Below the pieces are notes generated by a model. The model searched no databases. It had not been told where the DNA came from and saw nothing but the letters and a program-made list of their open reading frames with translations. Made by a program: the position numbers and the translations under genes. A stretch of DNA of 64,000 nt from an uncultured bacterium (GTDB taxonomy: Bacteria; Chloroflexota; UBA5177; JANWHV01): positions 608,001 through 672,000 of the forward strand of contig CAVSOU010000011.1 in assembly GCA_963729625.1 (NCBI GenBank), written 5' to 3'. Shown here one piece after another: positions 9,330-18,943 of this stretch (position 1 is its first letter; each line of letters begins with the position of its first letter).

Positions 9330-12300
9330 CTACTCACCCAGCATTCTGGGCAGGTCGCCCGCAATGGTCTTCGCGATACGATCGGCTTCCAACCGGGCCC
9401 CCAGCCGCTCGAAGATACCAAGACTCGCTTCAAGACATTGCCGTGCCTTGTGCGGCTCTCCCCGGTCAGCATAGTACAGCGCATACACCTGCAACGTGCG
9501 TGCCTCGACGTGAGCGTACGGCATGCTGCGCGTCAGAGACAGGGCTTCGGACAGCGATCGCTCTGCCTCAACCCAGTTGCGCGAGCGTGTCAAGACAAGT
9601 GCCTGAACCTGCAACGCATGGGCCAGCGCGATCCGATCGTTGCCAGCGCGTGCGGTCGACAGAGCCTTAGCTGCGATGTCTACTGCGCGCCCAATCTCGC
9701 CCACCTCTGCGCTCGCCCAAGCCAAGGTCTTGAGCAGGATCGGATCCTCCAGCTCCTCCAGGCCCGGCCGCTCCAGCAGCGGGACCAGCCGCGCGTACGC
9801 CGCCTGACTGTTTCCCGAAATCAGATCGCGCTCAGCAAGCATCCACTGTGCCATATGCAGCAAGGCGAGATCATCGCTAGTCGCCGCTACGGCCCAGCAC
9901 TCGTCCAAGTAGCGTGACGCCTCTTCAGACCGTCCTTCAAGTGCGCAAAGGAGTCCGAGCGAGGCGAGGGGTGCAGTGAACCCCCATGACACGCCGATGT
10001 GCCGGTTGATAGCTACTGCTCTCTCAAAATCCGTGCGTGCTTGGGGCCAGTCGCCGCAAAACAGCGCAATGCATCCACGATTGCGCACGGCGTAAGCGAT
10101 TTGCACGGGGTCGCCTAGCTTGTCGGCAACCGCAAGGGCACGATCCGTACTCACCCTGGCTCGATACACGTCGCCTAGATACATACACACTACAGCCTGG
10201 CTACTGAGAGCGCGACTCAGCGTGTCAACGTCGTTCACGTCCTCGGCTAGGCGGCCTGCGTCCTCAAGTACCGGCAGCGCCTCTTCGAGGCGGTCCATCA
10301 TCCAGAGCGCGTACCCTCTGCTAGCCAACGCCCTGGCTAGAACCACCTTGTCATGCACAGCGCGCGCGAGAGCGGCCGCCCGGTCCGCCGCTACTAGCTG
10401 TTCTTTGTATTGACCGCTCCCATATAACAGCCGCGCAAGGGCCACATAGAGCGCTGCTAGGCCCCGCGAGGGCTCGCTGGCTTCAAGCAAATGCAGCAGC
10501 GGTTTCAACCGCAGGACTCCCTCCTCTGGGTACCCGCGCTCTGCATGCACCCAGCCGATTTGCGCCGCTACGCGCCGCATGCCCTCTATGCCTCCTGCCC
10601 TACGATAGCTGTCTTCGGCCTCCCCGAGCACGTGCAACGCTGCCGTATACTGCGCAACAGTAGAAAGCACTGCGCCGAGCTTCTCCCTCACGCGCGCTGC
10701 ATCGAGGGGCCGATTCATCGCGTCCAGCCGATGCACTAGTTCCCGGAAGTGGGCTTCTGCCGTACCGTTGGCACCCTGTGACTGTGCATGGTCACCGGCG
10801 CGCTCAAGATAAAGCGCTGCTTCAGCATGAGCGTCACTGCTCATGAAGTGATATGCCAATAGCTCAGAGGACGGCCGAATCTGGCTCCGCGCCAGGATTT
10901 CAGCCAAACGCTGGTGCAGGACCTTCTGCCGCGCCACACCGAGATCGGCCTCGACAACCTCGCGGATGACGTCATGTGCAAACTCGCATCCATCCTCCCC
11001 AGCGTATTTGAGCAAGCGTGCGTGCTGTGCTGCATCCAGAGCATTTACGACGTCTTCCTGTGGTCGGTTCACCATGGCAAAGAGCAGTTCATATGGCACC
11101 GTTCGCCCCACCGTCGCCGCCACAGCGAGCACCTCGCGTCCCGTTGCTGACAGTGCAGCAACACGCTGACGGATGCTCTGACGTAGGTCCCATGGCACAC
11201 TTTCTTCGCCATGTCCATTGGCCGTGCTCATTTGCAGGTTTTGCGCATAACTCACGAGGAAGAACGGAATGCCTCCGGACCGACCCAGTACACTGTTGCG
11301 GAGCTTTCGTTGCTGTTCCGGCAAGCCACGCACCAGGTGGTCCAACAGCTGACCAGCCGCCGCACCATCCAGAGGCAGCACGGCAGTGTGTGCGGCCAAC
11401 CCGGCCTGTGCTAGCTCGCCAAGAGTGTTCCAAAGCGGATCGCTGTCATGCACCTCAGTGTCACGATACGTCCCGATCACTCGTAGAGGAATCTCGGGCG
11501 CAGAGCGGGCCAGTGCCCCGAGCAACGCGAGCGCATCCAGTCCCGCCCACTGCAGATCATCCAGAAGCAGAAGGGCGCCGGTCGCCCCTGCAATATTGGA
11601 CAGAAATCGTGCTACCGCTGCGAACAGCAAACGGCGCACCTGCTCGGATGGCAGCGAATCGGTCGTGTACGGAGCGGTGTCGAAAACCCCATCCGCTAGC
11701 TCGGGCAGCAACTGCCAAAGCCAGAAGCACCCACATAGATCCGCACGTAGTTTGGTTGGATTCTGGCAGCGGATGTAGGACTCAAGTGCTTCCAAGACTG
11801 GCGCGTACGGTCCTTGACCCCCAGGGCGTTGACATCCACCCCGAAGTACCCGCATATTTCGACGCGTCGCTAAGTGTGCCACCTCGTCTAGCAGACGCGT
11901 CTTTCCAATACCTGGTTCCCCTGCAAGGAGAAGGATAGGTGGGCCCTCCCCTCGAACGTGGTGCTCCAGCCGAGCCATCTCGTATGTACGCCCAACCAAC
12001 GGGAGAGCGCTGAAGCTGGGTCGCAGCCCAGAGGACGCCTCCGGCACTCGTGCCACCGACTCTCCGTAGCCCTGGACAGCGACCTTGGTTGTCGAGCGTG
12101 ATGAAGGGGACTGACGCCTTGGGCGCTGCGCCGCGTCCTCGAGAGCTAGGCGATCCAACCCGGGTATTGGAAGCGCCGTGGCAAGACGAGCAACCGTGCT
12201 CTTCTGGGGAACGCTCCGACGTCCGCACTCGAGATCGCTAATACCGCGTGCGCTCATTCCGGACCGTTCGGCAAGCTCCTGCTGCGTTAGGCGAGAAGCG

Positions 12301-12371
12301 ATCCGGTATCGCTTCAGCAAGTCTCCGAACGCGGGGGAAGAATTGGGACCAGTGTCTAGTCGGATCTCCAT
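9330..12371 (-). CDS. XRE-HTH / AAA ATPase / TPR (STAND-class) transcriptional regulator
   Basis: FGDLLKRYR...LTQQELAERSG..ISDLE; LVGR; Walker A GEPGIGKT; Walker B LLLDDLQWA; FAHDVIRE; long TPR-like C-terminus without a LuxR HTH. Confidence 0.92.
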   Translation of the reverse strand: MEIRLDTGPNSSPAFGDLLKRYRIASRLTQQELAERSGMSARGISDLECGRRSVPQKSTVARLATALPIPGLDRLALEDAAQRPRRQSPSSRSTTKVAVQGYGESVARVPEASSGLRPSFSALPLVGRTYEMARLEHHVRGEGPPILLLAGEPGIGKTRLLDEVAHLATRRNMRVLRGGCQRPGGQGPYAPVLEALESYIRCQNPTKLRADLCGCFWLWQLLPELADGVFDTAPYTTDSLPSEQVRRLLFAAVARFLSNIAGATGALLLLDDLQWAGLDALALLGALARSAPEIPLRVIGTYRDTEVHDSDPLWNTLGELAQAGLAAHTAVLPLDGAAAGQLLDHLVRGLPEQQRKLRNSVLGRSGGIPFFLVSYAQNLQMSTANGHGEESVPWDLRQSIRQRVAALSATGREVLAVAATVGRTVPYELLFAMVNRPQEDVVNALDAAQHARLLKYAGEDGCEFAHDVIREVVEADLGVARQKVLHQRLAEILARSQIRPSSELLAYHFMSSDAHAEAALYLERAGDHAQSQGANGTAEAHFRELVHRLDAMNRPLDAARVREKLGAVLSTVAQYTAALHVLGEAEDSYRRAGGIEGMRRVAAQIGWVHAERGYPEEGVLRLKPLLHLLEASEPSRGLAALYVALARLLYGSGQYKEQLVAADRAAALARAVHDKVVLARALASRGYALWMMDRLEEALPVLEDAGRLAEDVNDVDTLSRALSSQAVVCMYLGDVYRARVSTDRALAVADKLGDPVQIAYAVRNRGCIALFCGDWPQARTDFERAVAINRHIGVSWGFTAPLASLGLLCALEGRSEEASRYLDECWAVAATSDDLALLHMAQWMLAERDLISGNSQAAYARLVPLLERPGLEELEDPILLKTLAWASAEVGEIGRAVDIAAKALSTARAGNDRIALAHALQVQALVLTRSRNWVEAERSLSEALSLTRSMPYAHVEARTLQVYALYYADRGEPHKARQCLEASLGIFERLGARLEADRIAKTIAGDLPRMLGE

Positions 12372-12465
12372 TATTCGTGCTGCCGACTGCCTGCGTTATC
12401 CTGGTCAGAACGACTAAGCCACACGCCGTCGCTTGTCGGATCATACCATGCGAATCGCGCAACTC

Positions 12466-12550
12466 GTGTTTGCGTGCATCCGCCTCGTGCAATTGCGTGG
12501 GGCAAGTGCGTGTATCTTCGTCGACCTACCGCACTCAGCGCAGCGATAAT
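12466..12550 (+). promoter_or_regulatory. Promoter B: TGCGTG box array plus sigma70-like -35/-10
   Basis: TGCGTG at 12471, 12494, 12507; ATCTTCGTCGAC 12514-12525; GCGATAAT 12543-12550; same spacing as 7991-8075. Confidence 0.75.
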
Positions 12551-12827
12551 TGGGTGATAGGCTGGACTGTCCACGGCTGCATGCTGGCATCCGACATGCT
12601 GCAATCGGACGGGACAGCATTCGAGGCCATCACTAGAATGAGCAGAGGAGGTGTATCACAGCCACAGTTCGGCTAGGTCAGCACAGACAACGCTGTAGAG
12701 ACAGCCTTCTAAGGCAGTAATCGCAATCTTGAGGAGGCCCTTGACCGTGGAGCACAATGAGCGCATCACATCGTCGTCTTCCCTGATTCCGTCGCACGGG
12801 CCCGAAGAGCTAACCGGCGACAACGAC

Positions 12828-14174
12828 ATGACTTCTTCCACCTCAATCAGCCGGCGCGCGCTCTTGACCACCGGCGCCAAGGTTGCCGCTGGGCTGGCAG
12901 GTGGAGGCGTAGCATTGGCCGCCATGCCGCCCTCGGTGCTCGCGGACCGAGATCGCATGCGTAGCATCGCTGTCCTCCGCAAGCCGGCGGTAACACTGAA
13001 TTTCACGTTCTTCGGCAACGTTGGCGAGGGTGGAACCTGGGAGCAACTCGCGAAAATGTTCCACGCGCAGAATCCGAACATCACCGTGAAAGTTGTCCCG
13101 GTTCCTGCCACGGCGTGGAGCGAGTACTTTCAGAAGGTCTTGACCATGATCGCCGGCGGAAACTCGCCGGATATCTGCCGCATCGCCACGGAAGGGGCCA
13201 AGCTCTTCGCGGCGAAAGATCTTGCGTTGCCGCTGGATGACTTCATCAAGCGCGACGCCAAAGTGATGGACGACTACCTCAGCGATGTGAGTCCGAAGCT
13301 GACCGAAACGTTCAAGTACAACGGCAAGACGTTGGCACTGCCATTCGAGTGGAACGACTGGCTGATCACCTACAATACTAAGGTCTTTCGGCAGGCCGGT
13401 GTCGCCGCCCCCAAGGCCAACTGGACTAGCGATGATTTTCTTGCCGCCGCAAAGAAGATCACCAAAGGTAGTGTCTACGGCTGCAATCTGTGGCAAGCCC
13501 CTGGCACGTTCTATATTTCGGGCTGGCTGACCGCTGCGGGCGGGGGGCTGCTAAACAAGGATTGGACTAAGTCCAACGCTACGAACCCGGTTAACATCAA
13601 GGCGATGCAGTTCGTACAGGATCTGGTCTGGAAAAATAAGGTCGCGCCGCGCCCCGGCTCACCGGACTTCCCGCTGCTGGAGGCCGGAAGGGTCGGCATG
13701 ATTACAGCCGGCCGCTGGGCAGTGAACACCTTCATTCTGGCGAAATGGAATGACTACAACGTGCAGCTCGCGCCGATCCTCGGGCCCGGGCGCAAAACGA
13801 CGTTCGGCGTGGGTGCCCACCCCATCCTGAAGAATGCCAAGTATCCCGAGGAGGCGTGGACCTTCCTGAAGTACCTCTCGACACGGCCCGCCATGGCCTA
13901 CACGACGAAGAATGGGTACAGCAATCCGTCCCGCCGCTCAGTGGCGAACGACCCCAGCCTGATGGTCCCGCCCGGCAACCCTGGCGAGAATTGGCGTGCC
14001 TATTACGGTGCGCTGGATTCGGCCGAGTCTCTCCCGGCCCCAGCACAGTTCAATGAGATGGAGTCGGCACTCATCGCCGCATACACCAAGATGATCGCGA
14101 ATGAGACGACCCCAGCCCAGATGCTGCAGAGCCTCGATTCGCAGATCAACACTATCCTGGCAAAGCCGGTCTAG
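12828..14174 (+). CDS. Carbohydrate ABC transporter substrate-binding protein, Tat signal
   Basis: SRRALL twin-arginine motif; NPNITVK, IAGGNSPDI, YNTKVFRQAGV, KYPEEAWTFLKYL; start codon uncertain. Confidence 0.92.
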   Translation: MTSSTSISRRALLTTGAKVAAGLAGGGVALAAMPPSVLADRDRMRSIAVLRKPAVTLNFTFFGNVGEGGTWEQLAKMFHAQNPNITVKVVPVPATAWSEYFQKVLTMIAGGNSPDICRIATEGAKLFAAKDLALPLDDFIKRDAKVMDDYLSDVSPKLTETFKYNGKTLALPFEWNDWLITYNTKVFRQAGVAAPKANWTSDDFLAAAKKITKGSVYGCNLWQAPGTFYISGWLTAAGGGLLNKDWTKSNATNPVNIKAMQFVQDLVWKNKVAPRPGSPDFPLLEAGRVGMITAGRWAVNTFILAKWNDYNVQLAPILGPGRKTTFGVGAHPILKNAKYPEEAWTFLKYLSTRPAMAYTTKNGYSNPSRRSVANDPSLMVPPGNPGENWRAYYGALDSAESLPAPAQFNEMESALIAAYTKMIANETTPAQMLQSLDSQINTILAKPV

Positions 14175-14319
14175 CCGTCCGGCGCCATCGGTTATCGGTG
14201 CCATAGGCAACACTCGCAAGCGTCGCTACGCAAAACCTGCTTGAGGCGGCGAACTCTGATGCTGCAAGCGAGGTGGCGAGTGTTGCCTATGGCGGGGTCA
14301 ATCGAGGTCAGGCAGGGGT

Positions 14320-15270
14320 GTGGGAGGAAGAGCTGTGGGGTCCGACGTTCACGCACACCAGATTAGACCCGTTGGTGCTCCCAATGGCAGCCGTCGAGGG
14401 TGGCGAGCGTCGATCCGGCCTTATCTCTTCATTGTGCCCAGCGCGCTGCTCTTCCTGGCGTTCGTGGCCGGCCCCATGGTAGCCAGTTTTGTGATCTCGT
14501 TCTTCAGCTGGGACGGCATGTCGGCGGCTCATTTTGTCGGATTAGATAACTACGCGACTTTCCGCGGCGATGCACTGCTCCATACTGTGCTGGTCAACAC
14601 CTTTGTCTTCGTGATCGGCTCCGTTGCACTGAAAATGGTGCTGGCACTCCTGTCGGCTGTGCTAATCAACCGCTACGTGCCCCGGATTCTGCGTGCAGCA
14701 TTCCGAGCAGTCGTGTTCTTCCCAGTGATCATTTCCGGAGTGGCGATTGGCCTGATCTGGCTCTGGCTGATGAATACCAGCCTGGGGATCATCAATTACG
14801 TGCTCGGCATGGCTGGTGTGCCCGGTGTTGCGTGGTTGGACTCAAGCGACCATGCCCTCGGTTCCCTCATCCTGGTGGACGTATGGCGCAGTGTAGGATT
14901 CTCCTTCGTGATCTTTACTGCTGGACTGCAGGGTATTCCAGCCCAGCTGTATGAAGCGGCTGCAATTGACGGGGCTAATGGCTGGCAGCAGTTTCGCACC
15001 GTCACACTGCCCCTGTTGTCGCCCACAACGTTCTTCCTGTTGGTGATTAATCTGATTGGTGCATTTCAGTTCTTCGATCTCTCCTACGTGATGACGCACG
15101 CAGGACCGGGAGACGCCACGCGCACCATTGTGTACTACATCTACGACACTGCCTTTCAGTATTTCCGGTTCGGCTACGGCTCGGCGGTTGCCATGCTACT
15201 CTTCGCGATCCTCATCGTGTTGACATTCCTCCAAGTGGGAATGAGTCGCCGCTGGGTGTTTTACCATTAG
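14320..15270 (+). CDS. Carbohydrate ABC transporter permease (MalF-like)
   Basis: FVGLDNY, EAA motif LYEAAAIDGA, TLPLLSPT. Confidence 0.95.
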   Translation: MGGRAVGSDVHAHQIRPVGAPNGSRRGWRASIRPYLFIVPSALLFLAFVAGPMVASFVISFFSWDGMSAAHFVGLDNYATFRGDALLHTVLVNTFVFVIGSVALKMVLALLSAVLINRYVPRILRAAFRAVVFFPVIISGVAIGLIWLWLMNTSLGIINYVLGMAGVPGVAWLDSSDHALGSLILVDVWRSVGFSFVIFTAGLQGIPAQLYEAAAIDGANGWQQFRTVTLPLLSPTTFFLLVINLIGAFQFFDLSYVMTHAGPGDATRTIVYYIYDTAFQYFRFGYGSAVAMLLFAILIVLTFLQVGMSRRWVFYH

Positions 15271-15314
15271 AAAGCCGCGACACGCGTTCGCGCCCGTGCT
15301 GGGGGACAATTCCG

Positions 15315-16202
15315 ATGAGCACCTCTGTTCCCGGTGGCCACACCGCGCACCGATGGGGTACCTCGAGCGCCGCCGCAGCTCTTCGCCTGCTGCGTGCCGC
15401 TCCGGTGTACCTGGTATTGGCGCTGATTATTGCGCTTATCGTGGCACCCTTCCTGTGGATGGTGTCTAGCGCGTTCAAGGACCAGACGGCGATCTATGCA
15501 AGCCCGCCGGAATGGATCCCTTCAGCGCCGACCACGGTAAATTTCTTCGACGCTTGGACACAAGTTCCGTTTGGCTGGTTCTTGACCAACAGCTTGAAAG
15601 TGGCCACATCGATCACCGTCGGGCAGTTGATTACCTGCTCCCTGGCGGCCTATGCCTTCGCACGCCTACGCTTTCCCGGAAGGGAGATCATCTTCGGCAT
15701 CTACTTGTCGTCGCTGATGGTGCCTAGCCAGGTGACCATCATTCCTCAATTCATCCTGATGCGTCACCTAGGCTTGATCGATAACCATGCGTCACTGATA
15801 CTCCCGGGACTTGCGAGCGCCTTCGGCACGTTCCTGCTGCGCCAGTTCTTCATGACCGTGCCGAGAGAGCTGGAAGAGGCGGCAATCATAGACGGCTGCG
15901 GACTGCTGGGCGTGTTGCTGTATGTAATTCTGCCTCTCTCTGTATCGGCGCTGGCGGCTTTAGCGATATTTACGTTCAATGGTGCCTGGAACGACTTCTT
16001 CAATCCCCTGATCTTTCTAAGCTCGCCTCAGAACCTTACGCTTCCAGCCGGCCTGGCGTTGCTGCAGGGGCAGTTCTCAGCGACCAGCCCTGCGATCATG
16101 CTGGCGGGCGTTTGTATGGCTGTCCTCCCCGTGCTGTTTGTATTCATGATCGGCCAGCGCTACATCGTGGAAGGAATCACTATGACAGGACTCAAAGGCT
16201 GA
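15315..16202 (+). CDS. Carbohydrate ABC transporter permease (MalG-like)
   Basis: AAYAFARLRFPGR, ELEEAAIIDG, WNDFFNP, EGITMTGLKG. Confidence 0.95.
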   Translation: MSTSVPGGHTAHRWGTSSAAAALRLLRAAPVYLVLALIIALIVAPFLWMVSSAFKDQTAIYASPPEWIPSAPTTVNFFDAWTQVPFGWFLTNSLKVATSITVGQLITCSLAAYAFARLRFPGREIIFGIYLSSLMVPSQVTIIPQFILMRHLGLIDNHASLILPGLASAFGTFLLRQFFMTVPRELEEAAIIDGCGLLGVLLYVILPLSVSALAALAIFTFNGAWNDFFNPLIFLSSPQNLTLPAGLALLQGQFSATSPAIMLAGVCMAVLPVLFVFMIGQRYIVEGITMTGLKG

Positions 16203-16357
16203 AGGAGCTGGCCGGCGGCCTGCTTGACGCCTGAACCCGGCACGGGGATGCCGAGAGATCGCGCAGTCAGTCAAATCCGGCGCCTAGCGGAGGTTCTTCG
16301 GCTTAGGCTGCCCTGCACCTGAGTCGACCGAGGAAGCAGGAATCTGGTGAGGCATAG

Positions 16358-17308
16358 ATGACGTACATGGCAGCACAAACGCTACCGCTCCAGGCCATTG
16401 GTCGCGATGGACAGTTGGTGTCGCGGATTGCACTTGGATGCATGGGCCTCTCTGGAACGCAGAATCCTGCGGGTATCACGCAGGGCCTCAGACGCAACGC
16501 CATCTTGGCCTTTGAAGCGGCGTTGGATGCTGGCATCACCTTCTTTGATCATGCGGATATCTACGGTGGCGGCAGTTGCGAGGAGGTATTCAAGGAATGC
16601 TTGGCTGCTGTTCCAGGGTCCCGACAGCGTATTGTCATAGCCACCAAGGGCGGCATTCGCTCCGGCTATTACGACCTTAGTGCTCCTTGCATTACGTCAT
16701 GCGTAGAGCAGTCGCTTACTCGCATGGGCATCGACTACATCGACCTATACCAGCTTCATCGGCCGGACCCGCTCACGCACCCGGGCGAGGCCGCCGGTGC
16801 CTTAAACGATCTGTTACGCCGCGCACTCATTCGGTCCGTGGGTGTGAGCAATTACTATCCTGAGCAGGTGCGTGCACTTCAGGGTTTCCTCGACGTACCC
16901 TTATGCAGCAATCAGATCGAGATCAGCCTCCTCCGCCTGGATCCCCTCTACGAGGGTGTGGATGGCGGCGATGGCACCCTCGACTATTGTATGGCGACGG
17001 GCATGACACCATTGGCGTGGAGCCCACTGGGGGGCGGCGCGCTGATGGGGGGCACCAGGCGTGAAGCCGACCAGTCACGTGTCGAGCGCGTTCGCGCTGC
17101 GCTTACCGCGCTCGCACCGACCTACGACGCTACACCAGCTCAACTGGCATTGGCGTGGCTGTTGGCCCATCCCTCCGGCATTCTGCCCCTCGTGGGTAGT
17201 ACCAGTCCTCGCCATATCGGCGAGGCAGCTGGAGCGGCCAAACTCGTTCTGACCCGCGAGGACTGGTATCGCCTGTGGATCGCTGCACGGGGGCGTGAGG
17301 TGCCATAG
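16358..17308 (+). CDS. Aldo/keto reductase (YdhF/YcsN-like)
   Basis: FDHADIYGGG, DYIDLYQLHRPDPL, GVSNY, AWSPLGGG. Confidence 0.93.
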   Translation: MTYMAAQTLPLQAIGRDGQLVSRIALGCMGLSGTQNPAGITQGLRRNAILAFEAALDAGITFFDHADIYGGGSCEEVFKECLAAVPGSRQRIVIATKGGIRSGYYDLSAPCITSCVEQSLTRMGIDYIDLYQLHRPDPLTHPGEAAGALNDLLRRALIRSVGVSNYYPEQVRALQGFLDVPLCSNQIEISLLRLDPLYEGVDGGDGTLDYCMATGMTPLAWSPLGGGALMGGTRREADQSRVERVRAALTALAPTYDATPAQLALAWLLAHPSGILPLVGSTSPRHIGEAAGAAKLVLTREDWYRLWIAARGREVP

Positions 17309-17376
17309 AGAGGATCGGCGTGTGAAGAAGGCGCGCACCGACACCAGCAATCGTTACATGCACCGGCATCCTGTTT

Positions 17377-17433
17377 GTCGACAGACTATGTGACGAGACG
17401 CGACTTCTCTGGCGTGGCGACATAGCTGTCGAC
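17377..17433. repeat. Intergenic inverted repeat / stem-loop
   Basis: GTCGACAGACTATGT ... ACATAGCTGTCGAC, 14-bp stem with one bulge; no U-tract. Confidence 0.45.
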
Positions 17434-17528
17434 TCCGTGATCGTGTCACACGTGAGCGGTGTCTGTTTGGACTACTGATTCGCAGGGTACTGGGGTGATT
17501 CGAGGAAGTGTCTCATAAGAGGTTATCC

Positions 17529-18695
17529 ATGGAACAGCGTTCGACTACGACACAACCTGTTCGCGTAGCAATCATCGGCGCATCCGCGCGTTCCGACTAC
17601 ATATACGGCCCAATACTCAAGGCACTACCGAAGGACGTAGAATTGGTAGCGGTCTGGGGCCGCAGCGAGGAATCGGCGCGGCGGCGCGGTGCGAGCCTCC
17701 AGGTGCCCTGGTACACCGACATGGATCGCTTGGCTCGCGAAACGGAGCCGCAGATCGGCGTAGTGTCCGTGGCCGCCGAGGCGAATGGCCAGGTGGGCCT
17801 CATGGCCGTCGAGCACGGCTTGCACGTACTCCTGGAGACGCCTATCGCCCACAAGCTTCGCGAGGCTGACAACATTATCGCCGCCGCTGCGCACCGCGGC
17901 GTCAAGATCGAGGTTGCTGAACAGTTCCACCGTCGGCCTCTCGAGCAGATCAAGTTACGGCTGATCGCCTCAGGACTCTTCGGGCGCGTCTATACAGCGT
18001 TTAATGACTTTGCAGGCCATGGCTACCATGGTGTAAGCGTGCTGCGCAGCTACTTGGGATTCGACGCTGTGCCGGCCCAGGTGACCGGTGCGGTGCGCTC
18101 CTTCGACCTGGCGCCACACTGGTCGCGACTGGCCGAAACCAGGGGGCCACGTACGGAAACACAGGAGTATGGCCTTATCGAATTCGCCGACGATCGGTTA
18201 GGCATTTTCCAATGGACCGACGTGGGCTATGACTCGGCACTGCGGTGGTGGCGCAGTAGCCGGTTCTTGGCGGAGAAGGGTATGGGTATCAGCGTGGGCG
18301 TCGGAATTGAGGTGGACGAGCGCTTATCGCTCCTGGCACCGGGCGATGAGGCACCACGTTTCATCACGCTGGAACGACGGTGGGAGCGGAATGATGGCGG
18401 TGCCCTCGTGGCACTTGTCGCACACACAGGCGATCCCGATCAGCCTCTCGTACGATGGGACAATCCGTTCGCCTCGAAGGTCAGGGGCCACGGTGTGCAA
18501 TGGCATGATGACGAGATCGGCGTCGCCAGTTGTCTGATGAGCCTGATCACAGCGGTGCGGGAAGGCGTCAAGCCGAGCTACGGTGCGGACCAGGCACGGC
18601 TGGATCAGGAGATTGTCCTGGCTATACGCCAATCGTCATGTGACGGTGGCCGGCCGGTCGCCCTCCCCTTGGATCCGGACACGGAGATCCTGTAA
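17529..18695 (+). CDS. Gfo/Idh/MocA family oxidoreductase (divergent)
   Basis: VRVAIIGASAR, HVLLETPIA (EKP variant), IEVAEQF, YHGVSVLR. Confidence 0.85.
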   Translation: MEQRSTTTQPVRVAIIGASARSDYIYGPILKALPKDVELVAVWGRSEESARRRGASLQVPWYTDMDRLARETEPQIGVVSVAAEANGQVGLMAVEHGLHVLLETPIAHKLREADNIIAAAAHRGVKIEVAEQFHRRPLEQIKLRLIASGLFGRVYTAFNDFAGHGYHGVSVLRSYLGFDAVPAQVTGAVRSFDLAPHWSRLAETRGPRTETQEYGLIEFADDRLGIFQWTDVGYDSALRWWRSSRFLAEKGMGISVGVGIEVDERLSLLAPGDEAPRFITLERRWERNDGGALVALVAHTGDPDQPLVRWDNPFASKVRGHGVQWHDDEIGVASCLMSLITAVREGVKPSYGADQARLDQEIVLAIRQSSCDGGRPVALPLDPDTEIL

Positions 18696-18943
18696 GGCAG
18701 CTCGATGGAAAGCTGTGTGACTGCCGATTCGCGCAAACGCTGTGCACTTGCAGGGCAAGGGCCAGGCGTTCACCTATTTTGGTCAGCGGCGCACGGTTCT
18801 TACTGACTGATGGCCTGGTTCTCGCTCCATATCGGCTGCTGTGGTTGGTCCCCAGTGACGCTCTGTGATCGATGCCGCGTGATGCAGACGGACGCAACCG
18901 GCTCCAATACGCGGGTAAAGAAACACAATGAGGAGACGCAAGC

